From NCBI GenBank assembly GCA_050015115.1, contig JBEKCA010000002.1:4345-68344 (forward strand): 64,000 bases of DNA, in the 5' to 3' direction. Below, piece by piece: positions 9,224 through 18,663 of this stretch (positions within the stretch are counted from its first letter, which is position 1; the number at the start of each line of letters is the position of its first letter). Made by a program: the position numbers and the translations under genes. The notes beneath the pieces were generated by a model. It ran no database searches and was not told where the DNA came from. It saw nothing but the letters and a program-made list of their open reading frames with translations. The DNA is from Terracidiphilus sp. (GTDB taxonomy: Bacteria; Acidobacteriota; Terriglobia; Terriglobales; Acidobacteriaceae).

Positions 9224-11314
9224 ATGAGGTCACTGATGCTCGATCGAAATTTCCGCTCACTCGTTTTGCTGCCGGCCACGTTCCTGCTTGCCGCCGCGCC
9301 AATCGTTCACGCCGAAGAGGGCATGTGGACCTTTGACAACCCTCCTCTGAAGCAGTTGGCGTCGAAGTATAACTTTCATCCCACACAGGCTTGGCTCGAC
9401 CACCTGCGTCTCTCGAGCGTGCGCCTCAACGACGGCGGCTCGGGATCATTTGTCAGCGCCGACGGCCTCTTGCTCACCAACCACCACATGGCCCGCGGCC
9501 AGTTGCAAAAGAATTCGACGGCCGAACACGATTATTTGCGCAACGGCTTCTATGCGACAACGCAGGATGCGGAGATGAAGTCTCCCGACCTTGAGGTCAA
9601 CGTGCTGGTCGCGATGCAAGACGTAACTGCCCGGGTGCAGGGCGCAGCCAAGGGCATTGCAGATGAATCCAAGGCGCTGAAGGCCCGCGACGCGGAGATT
9701 GCGGCCATCGAAAAGGAGAGCGAGGACAAGACCGGCTTCCGCTCCGATGTAGTTTCTCTCTACCAGGGCGGCGAGTATTGGCTTTACCAATACAAGAGAT
9801 ACACCGATGTGCGGCTGGTCTTCGCACCCGAAGAGCAAGCGGCATTCTACGGCGGCGATCCGGATAACTTCACCTACCCGCGCTACGACCTCGACATGGC
9901 TCTGTTCCGCGTCTACGACAATGGTAAGCCGCTGCACACCGACAACTTTCTGAAGTGGAACGCCAAGGGCGCAGCGCCTGGCGAGTTGGTCTTCGTTTCC
10001 GGCCATCCTGGTCGCACAGAGCGCGACGACACGCTTTCGGAGCTGCTGCTGCAACGCGATCTGATCGGGCCGGCGTTAACCGAATACCTCCAGCGCCGTA
10101 TCGCCGCATCGCAAGCCTTTGCCGCACAAGGAAAAGAACAAGAGCGGCTCGTGGCGAGCACGATCTTCAGCCTGCAAAATAGCCTCAAGGTCTATCTGGG
10201 ACGCGCCGATGCTTTGGCCTCACCCTCGATCATCAACAAGAAGAAGGCCGAGGAGGCCGACTTCCGCGCCAAGGTCGCCGCCAATCCAGAGTGGCAAAAA
10301 GCCTATGGCGACGCTTGGGAGACGATCGATGCAGCCGAAAAAAAAGCCGCTCCCCGAGTGCCGGCACTAATCTTCCGCCGCACCGACAGCCGCCTCTTCA
10401 CCATTGCGCGCCAGATCGTGCAACTCGTCGTTGAAGTGAAAAAGCCCGACGGCGAACGCCTCGACGGCTACCACGACGCCCAACTCGAATCCCTCAAGTT
10501 TCAGCTTCTCTCGCCGGCGCCCATCTATCCCTCGACCGAGAAACTCTACATGACCACGGCTCTCAATCTGGCTACGGAGAAACTCGGCAAAAATGACGAA
10601 TATCTGGTCAAGCTTCTCGATGGCAAAGATGTGAACACGTTCGTCAACTCAGTCATTGATGGCACCAAGCTCTCCGACGTCGCCGTACGCAAGGCGCTGC
10701 TCGATGGCGGAGAGGCAGCCGTCGCGGCCTCGACCGATCCGATGATCGTAGCCGCTCGCCGCATCGATCCTCTGGCACGCGAATACATCCGCTGGCAACA
10801 TGACGAGATTGACAGCGCGCTGACCACGGCTGGCGAAAAGCTCGGCAAGGCTCGCTTCCTGGTCTATGGCAAAAATGCGTATCCCGATGCCACGTTCACC
10901 CTGCGCCTGAGCTATGGAACCGTCGATGGCTACCCCTACAACGGCACCATCGCTCCGCCCTTCACTACCTTCTATGGGCTCTATGACCGGGCGGCCAGCT
11001 TCAGCAACAAATCGCCTTTTGACCTGACGCCCAAAGAGGCTGCGGGCCGCGACAAGCTTGACCTTTCAACTCCGCTCGATTTCGTCTCGACCGCGGATAT
11101 TATCGGGGGCAACTCCGGCTCGCCGGTGGTCAATCGCGAAGGCGAGCTGGTGGGCCTGATCTTCGACGGCAACATCGAATCTCTGGCTGGCGATTTCGTT
11201 TACGACGGAAGCAGGAACCGGGCAGTTGCGGTGCATTCGGCAGGCATGATCGAGGCTCTACGCAAGCTCTATGGAGCGGGCGCGCTGGCCGACGAACTGG
11301 AGGGCAGGAATTAA
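9224..11314 (+). CDS. S46 family dipeptidyl peptidase
   Basis: Signal peptide then EEGMW; GGSGSFVS..GLLLTNHH; DIIGGNSGSP; GLIFDGN. Confidence 0.93.
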   Translation: MRSLMLDRNFRSLVLLPATFLLAAAPIVHAEEGMWTFDNPPLKQLASKYNFHPTQAWLDHLRLSSVRLNDGGSGSFVSADGLLLTNHHMARGQLQKNSTAEHDYLRNGFYATTQDAEMKSPDLEVNVLVAMQDVTARVQGAAKGIADESKALKARDAEIAAIEKESEDKTGFRSDVVSLYQGGEYWLYQYKRYTDVRLVFAPEEQAAFYGGDPDNFTYPRYDLDMALFRVYDNGKPLHTDNFLKWNAKGAAPGELVFVSGHPGRTERDDTLSELLLQRDLIGPALTEYLQRRIAASQAFAAQGKEQERLVASTIFSLQNSLKVYLGRADALASPSIINKKKAEEADFRAKVAANPEWQKAYGDAWETIDAAEKKAAPRVPALIFRRTDSRLFTIARQIVQLVVEVKKPDGERLDGYHDAQLESLKFQLLSPAPIYPSTEKLYMTTALNLATEKLGKNDEYLVKLLDGKDVNTFVNSVIDGTKLSDVAVRKALLDGGEAAVAASTDPMIVAARRIDPLAREYIRWQHDEIDSALTTAGEKLGKARFLVYGKNAYPDATFTLRLSYGTVDGYPYNGTIAPPFTTFYGLYDRAASFSNKSPFDLTPKEAAGRDKLDLSTPLDFVSTADIIGGNSGSPVVNREGELVGLIFDGNIESLAGDFVYDGSRNRAVAVHSAGMIEALRKLYGAGALADELEGRN

Positions 11315-11329
11315 CTCCTGCAAAAATGC

Positions 11330-11358
11330 AAAGGGGGAGCCGCTCAAGCTCTCCCTTT
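11330..11358. terminator. Intrinsic terminator between convergent genes
   Basis: AAAGGGGGAGC-cgctcaa-GCTCTCCCTTT hairpin. Confidence 0.7.
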
Positions 11359-11437
11359 CGCGTGACGCTCACACAAGACAAAATCCAGTCAGATACAGCA
11401 TGAGGAAGTCCATAATTCGACTGCGGTTGTCAGGCAT

Positions 11438-12679
11438 TCACTCTTTAATCCAAGTGAAAGTAATGGGATGCACATGTAACTCCTGGAATTTTTCGAGATA
11501 GGCATTCCAGTCTGCCGCGGTGGGCATATCTGCTTTCGACCAGCCTGACCCGGCATAGTATGTAAAGGGCTCACCTGAACGCCGCTTGAAAATCATCAGC
11601 ACATGGCCTTCCGCGGTCATTGTCTTAGCGTGTTCGTCAGGCAGCGATAACATCCCGGTGGCAATCCTGCCCGCCGAGGGATCCTGCGGAGTGTCCCACA
11701 CGGCTGCAATGCTTCTTGACGGGGGCAAGGTAACATCGGCTCCCTGGTGAATCGCGAGGGCGGCAGCCAGATCCAGGGGCGTGTCTCCGTCGAATGTGTA
11801 GGTCGAAACGATCTTGTTCAGATGTGAGCTTGCATCGAGGCTGATGCGCTTCGTTTCGGTCACGACTTTTCCGTCCGCGGTCCAGGGCGCATAAGCGATT
11901 TCGAACTCGAAGCGCACCGGCCCGGTGGCGATGATGCGCGCCGTCGTGTAGTTCTTTGAGACGATCAGCTTTCCATCGGCCCAGACCGCAGTGCCTCCGC
12001 AGCCTCGCGACTTGCCCACGTCGTAGGAGTCCAGTCCAATTCCGTTGTCCTTGTGATACGTCAACGCAGGGTTATGCGTGAGCGTGGCCTCTTCAGCCTG
12101 CTTGTAAAACCTGTCGACAACGAAGTTCGGAATGCGCTTTGACCATACATCGATTCCAGATGAGATCTCGCCGGTTGCTTCCAGGGCCGGGCCGTAGATG
12201 CGGTAGGCAACCACTTCGTTCTCCCAGGAGAAGTCGTCCTTGCGCTCGGGAATAGCTCTTCCGAAGACCAATTCTCTTTGTGGCGGCGCAGTCGGATCGA
12301 GATGGAACTCCACGTCGAGCGTTCCTTTAGCCGGCAACTTGGCAAGCAGCAACAGACGGTCTGGTTCGGCGCCGGGGCGGCTGCTAAAGAGCTGGCTCGG
12401 TATGCGCTGATTGGTTGCGGCTTCAACGGCAACGAGAGATTGCAATTGCATCGCGGAAAAGTGCAGGCGGGAGGTGACTTGTCCTAGTGGAATCTCGACG
12501 ACTTCTTGGCCGCGATCGATGTTCAGCGGATTTGCAAGGCGCAACCGCTGCGCCCTTGCGTCCAGTCCAACTGCCACGATCAACAACAGTAGGCAGCCCA
12601 CACAAAACGCAATGCGCGCCGGAAGCCTGCCGTGCGCGACCATGAAAGACAAGCTCTGACGAACGGATTGCTCAACCAT
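11438..12679 (-). CDS. Exported DUF4861-like protein (uronate-locus associated)
   Basis: Signal peptide; PERKDDFSWENE..AYRIYGPAL, GIDVWSK, YHKDNG.GLD.YDVG.SRGCGG, YYAGSGWSK. Confidence 0.8.
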   Translation of the reverse strand: MVEQSVRQSLSFMVAHGRLPARIAFCVGCLLLLIVAVGLDARAQRLRLANPLNIDRGQEVVEIPLGQVTSRLHFSAMQLQSLVAVEAATNQRIPSQLFSSRPGAEPDRLLLLAKLPAKGTLDVEFHLDPTAPPQRELVFGRAIPERKDDFSWENEVVAYRIYGPALEATGEISSGIDVWSKRIPNFVVDRFYKQAEEATLTHNPALTYHKDNGIGLDSYDVGKSRGCGGTAVWADGKLIVSKNYTTARIIATGPVRFEFEIAYAPWTADGKVVTETKRISLDASSHLNKIVSTYTFDGDTPLDLAAALAIHQGADVTLPPSRSIAAVWDTPQDPSAGRIATGMLSLPDEHAKTMTAEGHVLMIFKRRSGEPFTYYAGSGWSKADMPTAADWNAYLEKFQELHVHPITFTWIKE

Positions 12680-12735
12680 TTTTCGCGTCCTTTCGATTGC
12701 GTCAACTCAAACGTCTGTCTGCCGGAACCATTTTA

Positions 12736-12749
12736 TTATAACGTTATCT
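12736..12749. promoter_or_regulatory. Candidate LacI-family operator ATAACGTTAT in the divergent DUF4861/kdgK region
   Basis: Perfect 10-bp palindrome with central CG; overlaps a minus-strand TATAAT (12735-12740). Confidence 0.55.
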
Positions 12750-12900
12750 TTTATGATGATTGTCAACCTTCTTGCAGTCACGACTTAGGCGATCGGAATT
12801 CGATGCATCTATATGACTTTTATTGGCTTATTCGCGATTATTGGCGTCGGTTTCTCGAATCCGGACTCTTATGGTATCGTTATGTGTTATTGGAGCACTT

Positions 12901-14007
12901 ATGGACGATCTGCAAGCGGGCATCAAGGCTGCCGAATCTGTTCGCTGGGATTGCGTCAGCCTTGGCGAGGTGATGCTTCGGCTCGATCCCGGTGAGGATA
13001 GGATACATACTGCGCGGACTCTAAGAATCTCGGAGGGAGGAGGCGAGTACAATGTCGCCCGCGGACTTCGGCGCTGTTTTCGTCTGCGGACGGCAATTGC
13101 GACGTCCCTCGTTGACAATCCGATAGGACGCCTGGTTGAGGACCTGATGCTGCAAGGCGGCGTCGATCTGGATCTGGTCCGGTGGACGCCTTTTGACGGA
13201 GTCGGGCGCAATGCGAGGAATGGCCTGAACTTCACTGAGCGCGGGTATGGAGTTCGCGCCGCGCAAGGCTGCTCTGATCGCGGCCATACCGTGATATCGC
13301 AAGTCAAGCCGGGCGATTTTGACTGGAAGTCGATCTTCGGCGCGGGACGCGGGGCGCGGTGGTTTCACACGGGCGGAATCTTAACCGCGCTCTCCGAATC
13401 GACGATTGCCGTCGCGGGCGAAGCCATGGATGCCGCAAAGACATCTGGAACGGTGATTTCGTACGACCTGAATTACCGGGAGTCGCTTTGGAAATCGATC
13501 GGCGGCAAATCCAGAGCACAAGAAGTGAATCGTGAATTGGTGCGCAAGGTGGACGTTCTCTTCGGCAACGAAGAGGATTTTTCCGCCATGCTTGGCGTGG
13601 AGATCGAAGGAGTCGGCCATGAATTCGACAAGTTGCCCGTCGAAAACTATGCAAAAATGCTTCACCAGGTAGCCGCGACTTATCCCAATCTGAAAGTGAT
13701 TGCTTCGACATTGCGCACAGCGCACTCAGCCTCTGAAAATGCGTGGGGAGCTATTGCACTCGGTAGCGGGGGTATCGCCCATGTTGCGCAGCGGAACGTG
13801 AGCATTCTGGATCGCGTGGGTGGCGGAGACTCGTTCGCATCGGGCCTGATTTACGGCTTGCTTGCAGGCAAGGAATTGGATTGGTGCGTGCGGTGCGGGG
13901 TAGCGCACGGCGCTCTTGCCATGACGACACCCGGAGACACAAGCACCGCGAGCTTGGCAGAGGTGCTGCGAGTGATGGGCGGCGGAGCAGCCCGCATCTC
14001 ACGATAG
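12901..14007 (+). CDS. kdgK: 2-dehydro-3-deoxygluconokinase (PfkB sugar kinase)
   Basis: GEVMLRLDPG, GGGEYNVA, YDLNYR, DRVGGGDSFASG; upstream of kduI/kduD. Confidence 0.88.
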   Translation: MDDLQAGIKAAESVRWDCVSLGEVMLRLDPGEDRIHTARTLRISEGGGEYNVARGLRRCFRLRTAIATSLVDNPIGRLVEDLMLQGGVDLDLVRWTPFDGVGRNARNGLNFTERGYGVRAAQGCSDRGHTVISQVKPGDFDWKSIFGAGRGARWFHTGGILTALSESTIAVAGEAMDAAKTSGTVISYDLNYRESLWKSIGGKSRAQEVNRELVRKVDVLFGNEEDFSAMLGVEIEGVGHEFDKLPVENYAKMLHQVAATYPNLKVIASTLRTAHSASENAWGAIALGSGGIAHVAQRNVSILDRVGGGDSFASGLIYGLLAGKELDWCVRCGVAHGALAMTTPGDTSTASLAEVLRVMGGGAARISR

Positions 14008-14055
14008 CAATGGCAGTAAGTTAGGAAGTCGCATCATCGGGAATGAGGGAGATGA

Positions 14056-14886
14056 ATGAAGGTAATGCAAATGGCGGATGCTGTCCGTTTCCGCACCATG
14101 ACCACCGGAGAGTTGCGCGAGACGTTTCTTATCGACGACCTCTTTCAACCGGGCCAGATCGAACTGAAATACGTTGACCTTGATCGCACGGTCATTGGTT
14201 CGGCGGTACCGACTGGTGAGCCGCTGCGTTTGCCCACCGACGATGTGCTGAGAGCATCGTATTTTACCGAGCGGCGCGAGTTCGGAGTCCTAAACATCGG
14301 CGGCGCTGGGCAGGTCACGGTGAACGGCGTCCCATTCGAAATCAAGAGGCTTGACGCGCTGTATGTAGGCCGCGGAAACGAAGACGTGATCTTTTCTAGC
14401 ATCGACGCGGCCCATCCCGCCGAATTCCATCTGCTGAGTTATCCTGCTCACGCGCCGCATCCAACTACGCTCATTCATTCAGCCGAGCAGGCAAAAACGG
14501 TGCTCGGCTCTCAAGAAACCGCGAACAAGCGCGAGATTACGCGGCTAATTCACCTTGAGGGAACGCAAAGCTGCCAACTGGTAATGGGTTTCACGCAGCT
14601 TGCCTCCGGGAGTGTCTGGAATACGATGCCCGCGCATACGCACATGAGGCGGTCGGAGGCGTATCTCTACTTCGACCTTGATGCCGATCAACGGGTTGTT
14701 CACTTGATGGGGCCGGGGAACGAGACACGCAACATCATCGTCGCCAATAAGCAGGCCGTCATTTCTCCAGGCTGGTCGATTCATGCTGGAGTTGGCACAC
14801 GTAATTACACGTTCTGTTGGGGCATGGGCGGCGAGAACCAGGTATATAGCGATATGGACGCACTGGCGATTTCCGATTTGCTTTAA
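14056..14886 (+). CDS. kduI: 5-dehydro-4-deoxy-D-glucuronate isomerase
   Basis: SCQLVMG, GSVWNTMPAHTHMRRSEAYLYF, SPGWSIHAG, WGMGGENQ. Confidence 0.95.
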   Translation: MKVMQMADAVRFRTMTTGELRETFLIDDLFQPGQIELKYVDLDRTVIGSAVPTGEPLRLPTDDVLRASYFTERREFGVLNIGGAGQVTVNGVPFEIKRLDALYVGRGNEDVIFSSIDAAHPAEFHLLSYPAHAPHPTTLIHSAEQAKTVLGSQETANKREITRLIHLEGTQSCQLVMGFTQLASGSVWNTMPAHTHMRRSEAYLYFDLDADQRVVHLMGPGNETRNIIVANKQAVISPGWSIHAGVGTRNYTFCWGMGGENQVYSDMDALAISDLL

Positions 14887-14901
14887 CTGGAGGAGTGTGC
14901 G

Positions 14902-15663
14902 TTGATACTGGACAGATTCAGCTTGAAGGGTAAGACCGCATTCGTGACCGGCTCATCGCGCGGGTTGGGAGCGGGGATAGCGATGGCGTTGGCCGAAGCG
15001 GGCGCAGACGTCGCGATTCACGGCTCATCCAAGGTGCCTAAGACTACCGAGCAAACACTAAGCGCGATGGGAGCAAACCAGCTCTCTGTAGTTGGCGATG
15101 TCAGCGATGCCTCGGTATGCGCGCGCCTGATTGAAGAAGTCGTCCTCCACTTTGGCTGCATTGATATTCTCGTGAACAACGCCGGGACCATCCGGCGCGC
15201 GCCCGCTGTCGAGCACTCGGATGAGGACTGGCAGACGGTGATCGACACCAATCTCTCGAGCGTTTTCCGCCTGACCAAACATGCCGGAAAACATATGCTG
15301 GCGCAGGGTTCGGGCAAGATCATTAATATTGCTTCAATGTTGACGTTTCAGGGCGGAGTCTTTGTACCTTCCTATGCCGCGGCTAAAGGCGGCGTCGGAC
15401 AACTGACGAAAGCATTTGCTAATGAGTGGGCCGCCAAGGGCATCAACGTAAATGCAATTGCGCCAGGCTACATGGCCACGGATAACACCGAAGCATTGCG
15501 GGCCAACCCGGAGCGGTCCCGCCAAATCATGGAACGGATTCCCGCGAGACGATGGGGTGGCCCTGAGGATCTTGCAGGCGCAGCCGTATTCCTCGCATCC
15601 AGCGCCAGCGACTATGTGCACGGACACATCTTGGTAGTCGACGGCGGGTGGTTGAGCCGCTGA
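14902..15663 (+). CDS. kduD: 2-dehydro-3-deoxy-D-gluconate 5-dehydrogenase
   Basis: SDR TGSSRGLG, NNAGTIRR, IASMLTFQGG..VPSYAAAKG, VDGGWL. Confidence 0.93.
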   Translation: MILDRFSLKGKTAFVTGSSRGLGAGIAMALAEAGADVAIHGSSKVPKTTEQTLSAMGANQLSVVGDVSDASVCARLIEEVVLHFGCIDILVNNAGTIRRAPAVEHSDEDWQTVIDTNLSSVFRLTKHAGKHMLAQGSGKIINIASMLTFQGGVFVPSYAAAKGGVGQLTKAFANEWAAKGINVNAIAPGYMATDNTEALRANPERSRQIMERIPARRWGGPEDLAGAAVFLASSASDYVHGHILVVDGGWLSR

Positions 15664-15717
15664 ACGAGGCTTCACAGCGACTTATATGAATGCAAACATC
15701 CAATTATGAGGTAATTC

Positions 15718-16191
15718 ATGCGAGTAATCCTTACTTCTCTGCTGCTAGCGACAGTTATACTTCCAGTCGCTGCCGCTCAGGAACTTACTGTGGATCATTT
15801 AACGCAGAAACTATTGATTGAGAAAGCACAGGCGCTGAACGCAAAAGCTCAGGGCCCCGAATGCGCAGCAAGCACCAAGCTGAACGAATATCCAAATCAC
15901 TTCACCATGATCTCTCTGCGCCGTAAGGATGGAGGCGCTGAGATACATATGGAGTACGCCGATTTCTTCTTCGTCGTGGAGGGACAGGCAACTCTGCTGA
16001 CAGGAGGCACTGTCGCGGATGGCAAGACTGTCAGCCCGGGAGAGATTCGAGGCAAAGCCGTTTTGAACGGAACGCGCACGACACTGAACCAGGGAGATTT
16101 CGTTCATATCCCGGCCACTGTTCCTCATCAACTGCTGGTGCCGGCGAATGGGTCCTTCACTTACTTCGTTATTAAGGTCAAAGAGAAATGA
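15718..16191 (+). CDS. Exported cupin-domain protein
   Basis: Signal peptide; AEIH...DFFFVVEG and GDFVHIPATVPHQ cupin motifs. Confidence 0.8.
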   Translation: MRVILTSLLLATVILPVAAAQELTVDHLTQKLLIEKAQALNAKAQGPECAASTKLNEYPNHFTMISLRRKDGGAEIHMEYADFFFVVEGQATLLTGGTVADGKTVSPGEIRGKAVLNGTRTTLNQGDFVHIPATVPHQLLVPANGSFTYFVIKVKEK

Positions 16192-16197
16192 ACCCCG

Positions 16198-17241
16198 TCA
16201 ATTCCGTTCCGGGCAGCCACACGAACGGCGAATGATCAGGTCGACAGGAAGAAACATCTTCGCCACTTGCTTTCTTCCGGCATTTCCTTCGCGCAGGTCT
16301 GTAATTTTTTCAAAGAGAAGCTCGGCAGCCGCTCGCGCAGCTTCCGTCGGAGACTGACGGACGACAGTGAGCGGAGTTCCTAAGACTTCCGCGAGTTCAA
16401 AATCGTCGAATCCAACCACGGCTATATCCTCTGGCACACGCAGCTTGTGTCGATGAAGGGCCTGGATGAGATAGACCGAAGAGATTCGCTTGACCGAGAA
16501 AGCCGCTCTGGGCCTGTCCTTCGACGTCGCCCAACCATGTACAAGAGCCTGCATCGCCTCAAGGGAGTTAACGTTGGTGAAAAGGACTGGCTGAAGTCCG
16601 GCGCTGCGCATCGCAACATTGTATCCCTCGATCCGTTCGCGCACAGTGTAACTTCCCGAGTCAAATCCCACGCAGGCAATTCTTTTATGGCCATGTTCAA
16701 TCAAGTGGCGCACGCCTTGTTCCGCGCCTTCCCGATTTTCTACGAGCACAGCATCTGCTCGTATTCCTGAGACAGGCCTGTCGAGGGCGACAACGGGCAC
16801 ACCGCTGTCCTGAAGCATCTTTAACCGGCTGCCATCGCTGCCCGAGGTAACAATGAGCAGCCCGGCAATGCGATGATTCCGAATCGATTCAAGCTGGGCA
16901 TCCTCAACCAGCACGCTTCTCCCCGTTGCGACAACGAGGGTTTGATAACCGTGGCGCATGGCCACATCCTGCACAGAGTGGAAACAACTGGAAAAGAAGT
17001 CGGACAAATCGGGAACAACCAGGCCGATGGTCCGTCCCGTTCGGCCCTTCAACATGCGCGCTGCGTCATTCGGCGTATAGCCAGTCTTGACAATCGCTTT
17101 CATCACTTTGGCGCGCGTCGAAGATTTCACGCTGGGATGATTGTTAATGACGCGAGAGACGGACATCACTCCGACCTTCGCCTCGTTGGCAACATCGATG
17201 ATCGTAGGAGGTCTGTCGCGCAGTTTTTTTGGATTCGCCAT
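16198..17241 (-). CDS. LacI family transcriptional regulator
   Basis: PTIIDVANEAKVGVMSVSRVIN HTH, YTPNDAAR, VVGFDD, PLTVVRQ; alternative start at 17271. Confidence 0.95.
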   Translation of the reverse strand: MANPKKLRDRPPTIIDVANEAKVGVMSVSRVINNHPSVKSSTRAKVMKAIVKTGYTPNDAARMLKGRTGRTIGLVVPDLSDFFSSCFHSVQDVAMRHGYQTLVVATGRSVLVEDAQLESIRNHRIAGLLIVTSGSDGSRLKMLQDSGVPVVALDRPVSGIRADAVLVENREGAEQGVRHLIEHGHKRIACVGFDSGSYTVRERIEGYNVAMRSAGLQPVLFTNVNSLEAMQALVHGWATSKDRPRAAFSVKRISSVYLIQALHRHKLRVPEDIAVVGFDDFELAEVLGTPLTVVRQSPTEAARAAAELLFEKITDLREGNAGRKQVAKMFLPVDLIIRRSCGCPERN

Positions 17242-17300
17242 CTTTCTAATCGTAACAATTCCTCTTTCCACGATTCATGCTGTTATCTTTCGCCGATGCG

Positions 17301-18503
17301 TTATCGCTTAGCCATCACATCCACCTCGGACGCCGCAAGTAGAAAGCCTCCGACTCCGTAGACATAGCTCGCCGAAGGTTTGAACTTGCCCGGTTGCCCA
17401 TCGATCGGCTGGATCGAGCCGAGCCGCCCATCGGCATAGACGTGCGCCAGCAAACCAGCCCAGGCCCGCGTAACGACCGGCTCAAATCTCTTGCGGTCGA
17501 GCAGGCCCTGGTTGATGCCCCACGCCATCGAGTAAGTGAAAAACGCGGACCCGGAGATTTCGGGCTGATCGTAGGCGTCGGGATCGAGCAAGCCGCTGCG
17601 CCACAAACCGTCTTTCCCCTGAATGGAAGCGATCCGCTCGGCCATCTCCTTGTACTGAGCGATGTACCGCTGTCGTGAGGGATAGTCTTTCGGCATGACC
17701 TCAAGCACCTTCGCGAAGGCGGCCATAACCCAACCGTTTCCTCGCGACCAATAGATCTTCTGGCCGTTCTGCTGCTTCTGGGTAAAGTAGCGGCTATCGC
17801 GAAAATAGAGGTGATCCGCAGGATCGTAGAGACTCGCTGAAGTCTGCCACCATTCGCGGTCCATATAGCCCAGGTAGCGCCGGTCGCCTGTCGCCTCTGA
17901 CACGCGGGCCAGTACCGGCGGAGCCATGAACAAGGCATCGCACCACCACCAAAGCAGCTTCGAGGGATCGTCACCGCGAGCGACCAACGCGTCCAGGACA
18001 GTTTTGGTATCCGCCATCCTCACCGGGTCGCGTTTCGCTAAATACAGATCCATGTAAGATTGCCCCAGCGCCATGTCGTCGGCATGAGGGAATCGGGAGT
18101 TCAGCAACTTCCAATCGAAACGCTGCCCCATCCTTACCATCGCGTCGTAATAGCGCGGATCGCCGGTAGTCTTTGATGCGGCCAGCAAACCGTCATAGAG
18201 AGCCGCGTAGGTCCACTGCTGGTTAAAGGTCGCTTCAGCGCGAGCAAGTTGCCAGTCGGCCACTTTTCGCGCGGCCTTGCGTACGGCGGCATGAGTCAAT
18301 GCTGGGGAAAGGTCTGCGGCCAGCGGTCCGGGATCGTCCGGTGAGTCCCCCACCGATACTCGATCCACTGACGATGGAGTTGTTGCTGGCACTGTCTCAA
18401 CCGGCTTGGGCTGTGCTACCTGGGCGCTTGCAGGCCCACTCGCCAAAGCGAATAGCAGAATAGCCTGCCACGCGCTGACTCTTACTCGCGCTGTCGTCGC
18501 CAT
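17301..18503 (-). CDS. GH105/GH88-type unsaturated uronyl hydrolase, exported
   Basis: HADD, WWWCDALFMAPP, WSRGNGW, EISGSA, YGVGGFLLA. Confidence 0.9.
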   Translation of the reverse strand: MATTARVRVSAWQAILLFALASGPASAQVAQPKPVETVPATTPSSVDRVSVGDSPDDPGPLAADLSPALTHAAVRKAARKVADWQLARAEATFNQQWTYAALYDGLLAASKTTGDPRYYDAMVRMGQRFDWKLLNSRFPHADDMALGQSYMDLYLAKRDPVRMADTKTVLDALVARGDDPSKLLWWWCDALFMAPPVLARVSEATGDRRYLGYMDREWWQTSASLYDPADHLYFRDSRYFTQKQQNGQKIYWSRGNGWVMAAFAKVLEVMPKDYPSRQRYIAQYKEMAERIASIQGKDGLWRSGLLDPDAYDQPEISGSAFFTYSMAWGINQGLLDRKRFEPVVTRAWAGLLAHVYADGRLGSIQPIDGQPGKFKPSASYVYGVGGFLLAASEVDVMAKR

Positions 18504-18520
18504 TTTTGTGTTCCGTCAAT

Positions 18521-18548
18521 CCTGTACGATCTGGCCTGTACGATCTGG
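18521..18548 (+). repeat. 14-bp perfect tandem duplication CCTGTACGATCTGG x2
   Basis: Read directly at 18521-18534 and 18535-18548. Confidence 0.85.
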
Positions 18549-18663
18549 AATTCCGGGCTCTGCCGGAGGCTTCACTGGACCATGATACAACAATAAAAAG
18601 ATGTACGTTATCGTTATGGTGTACGACAGCATTTCTGCGACTCGGAGCCAGGAAAAGAGGAGA

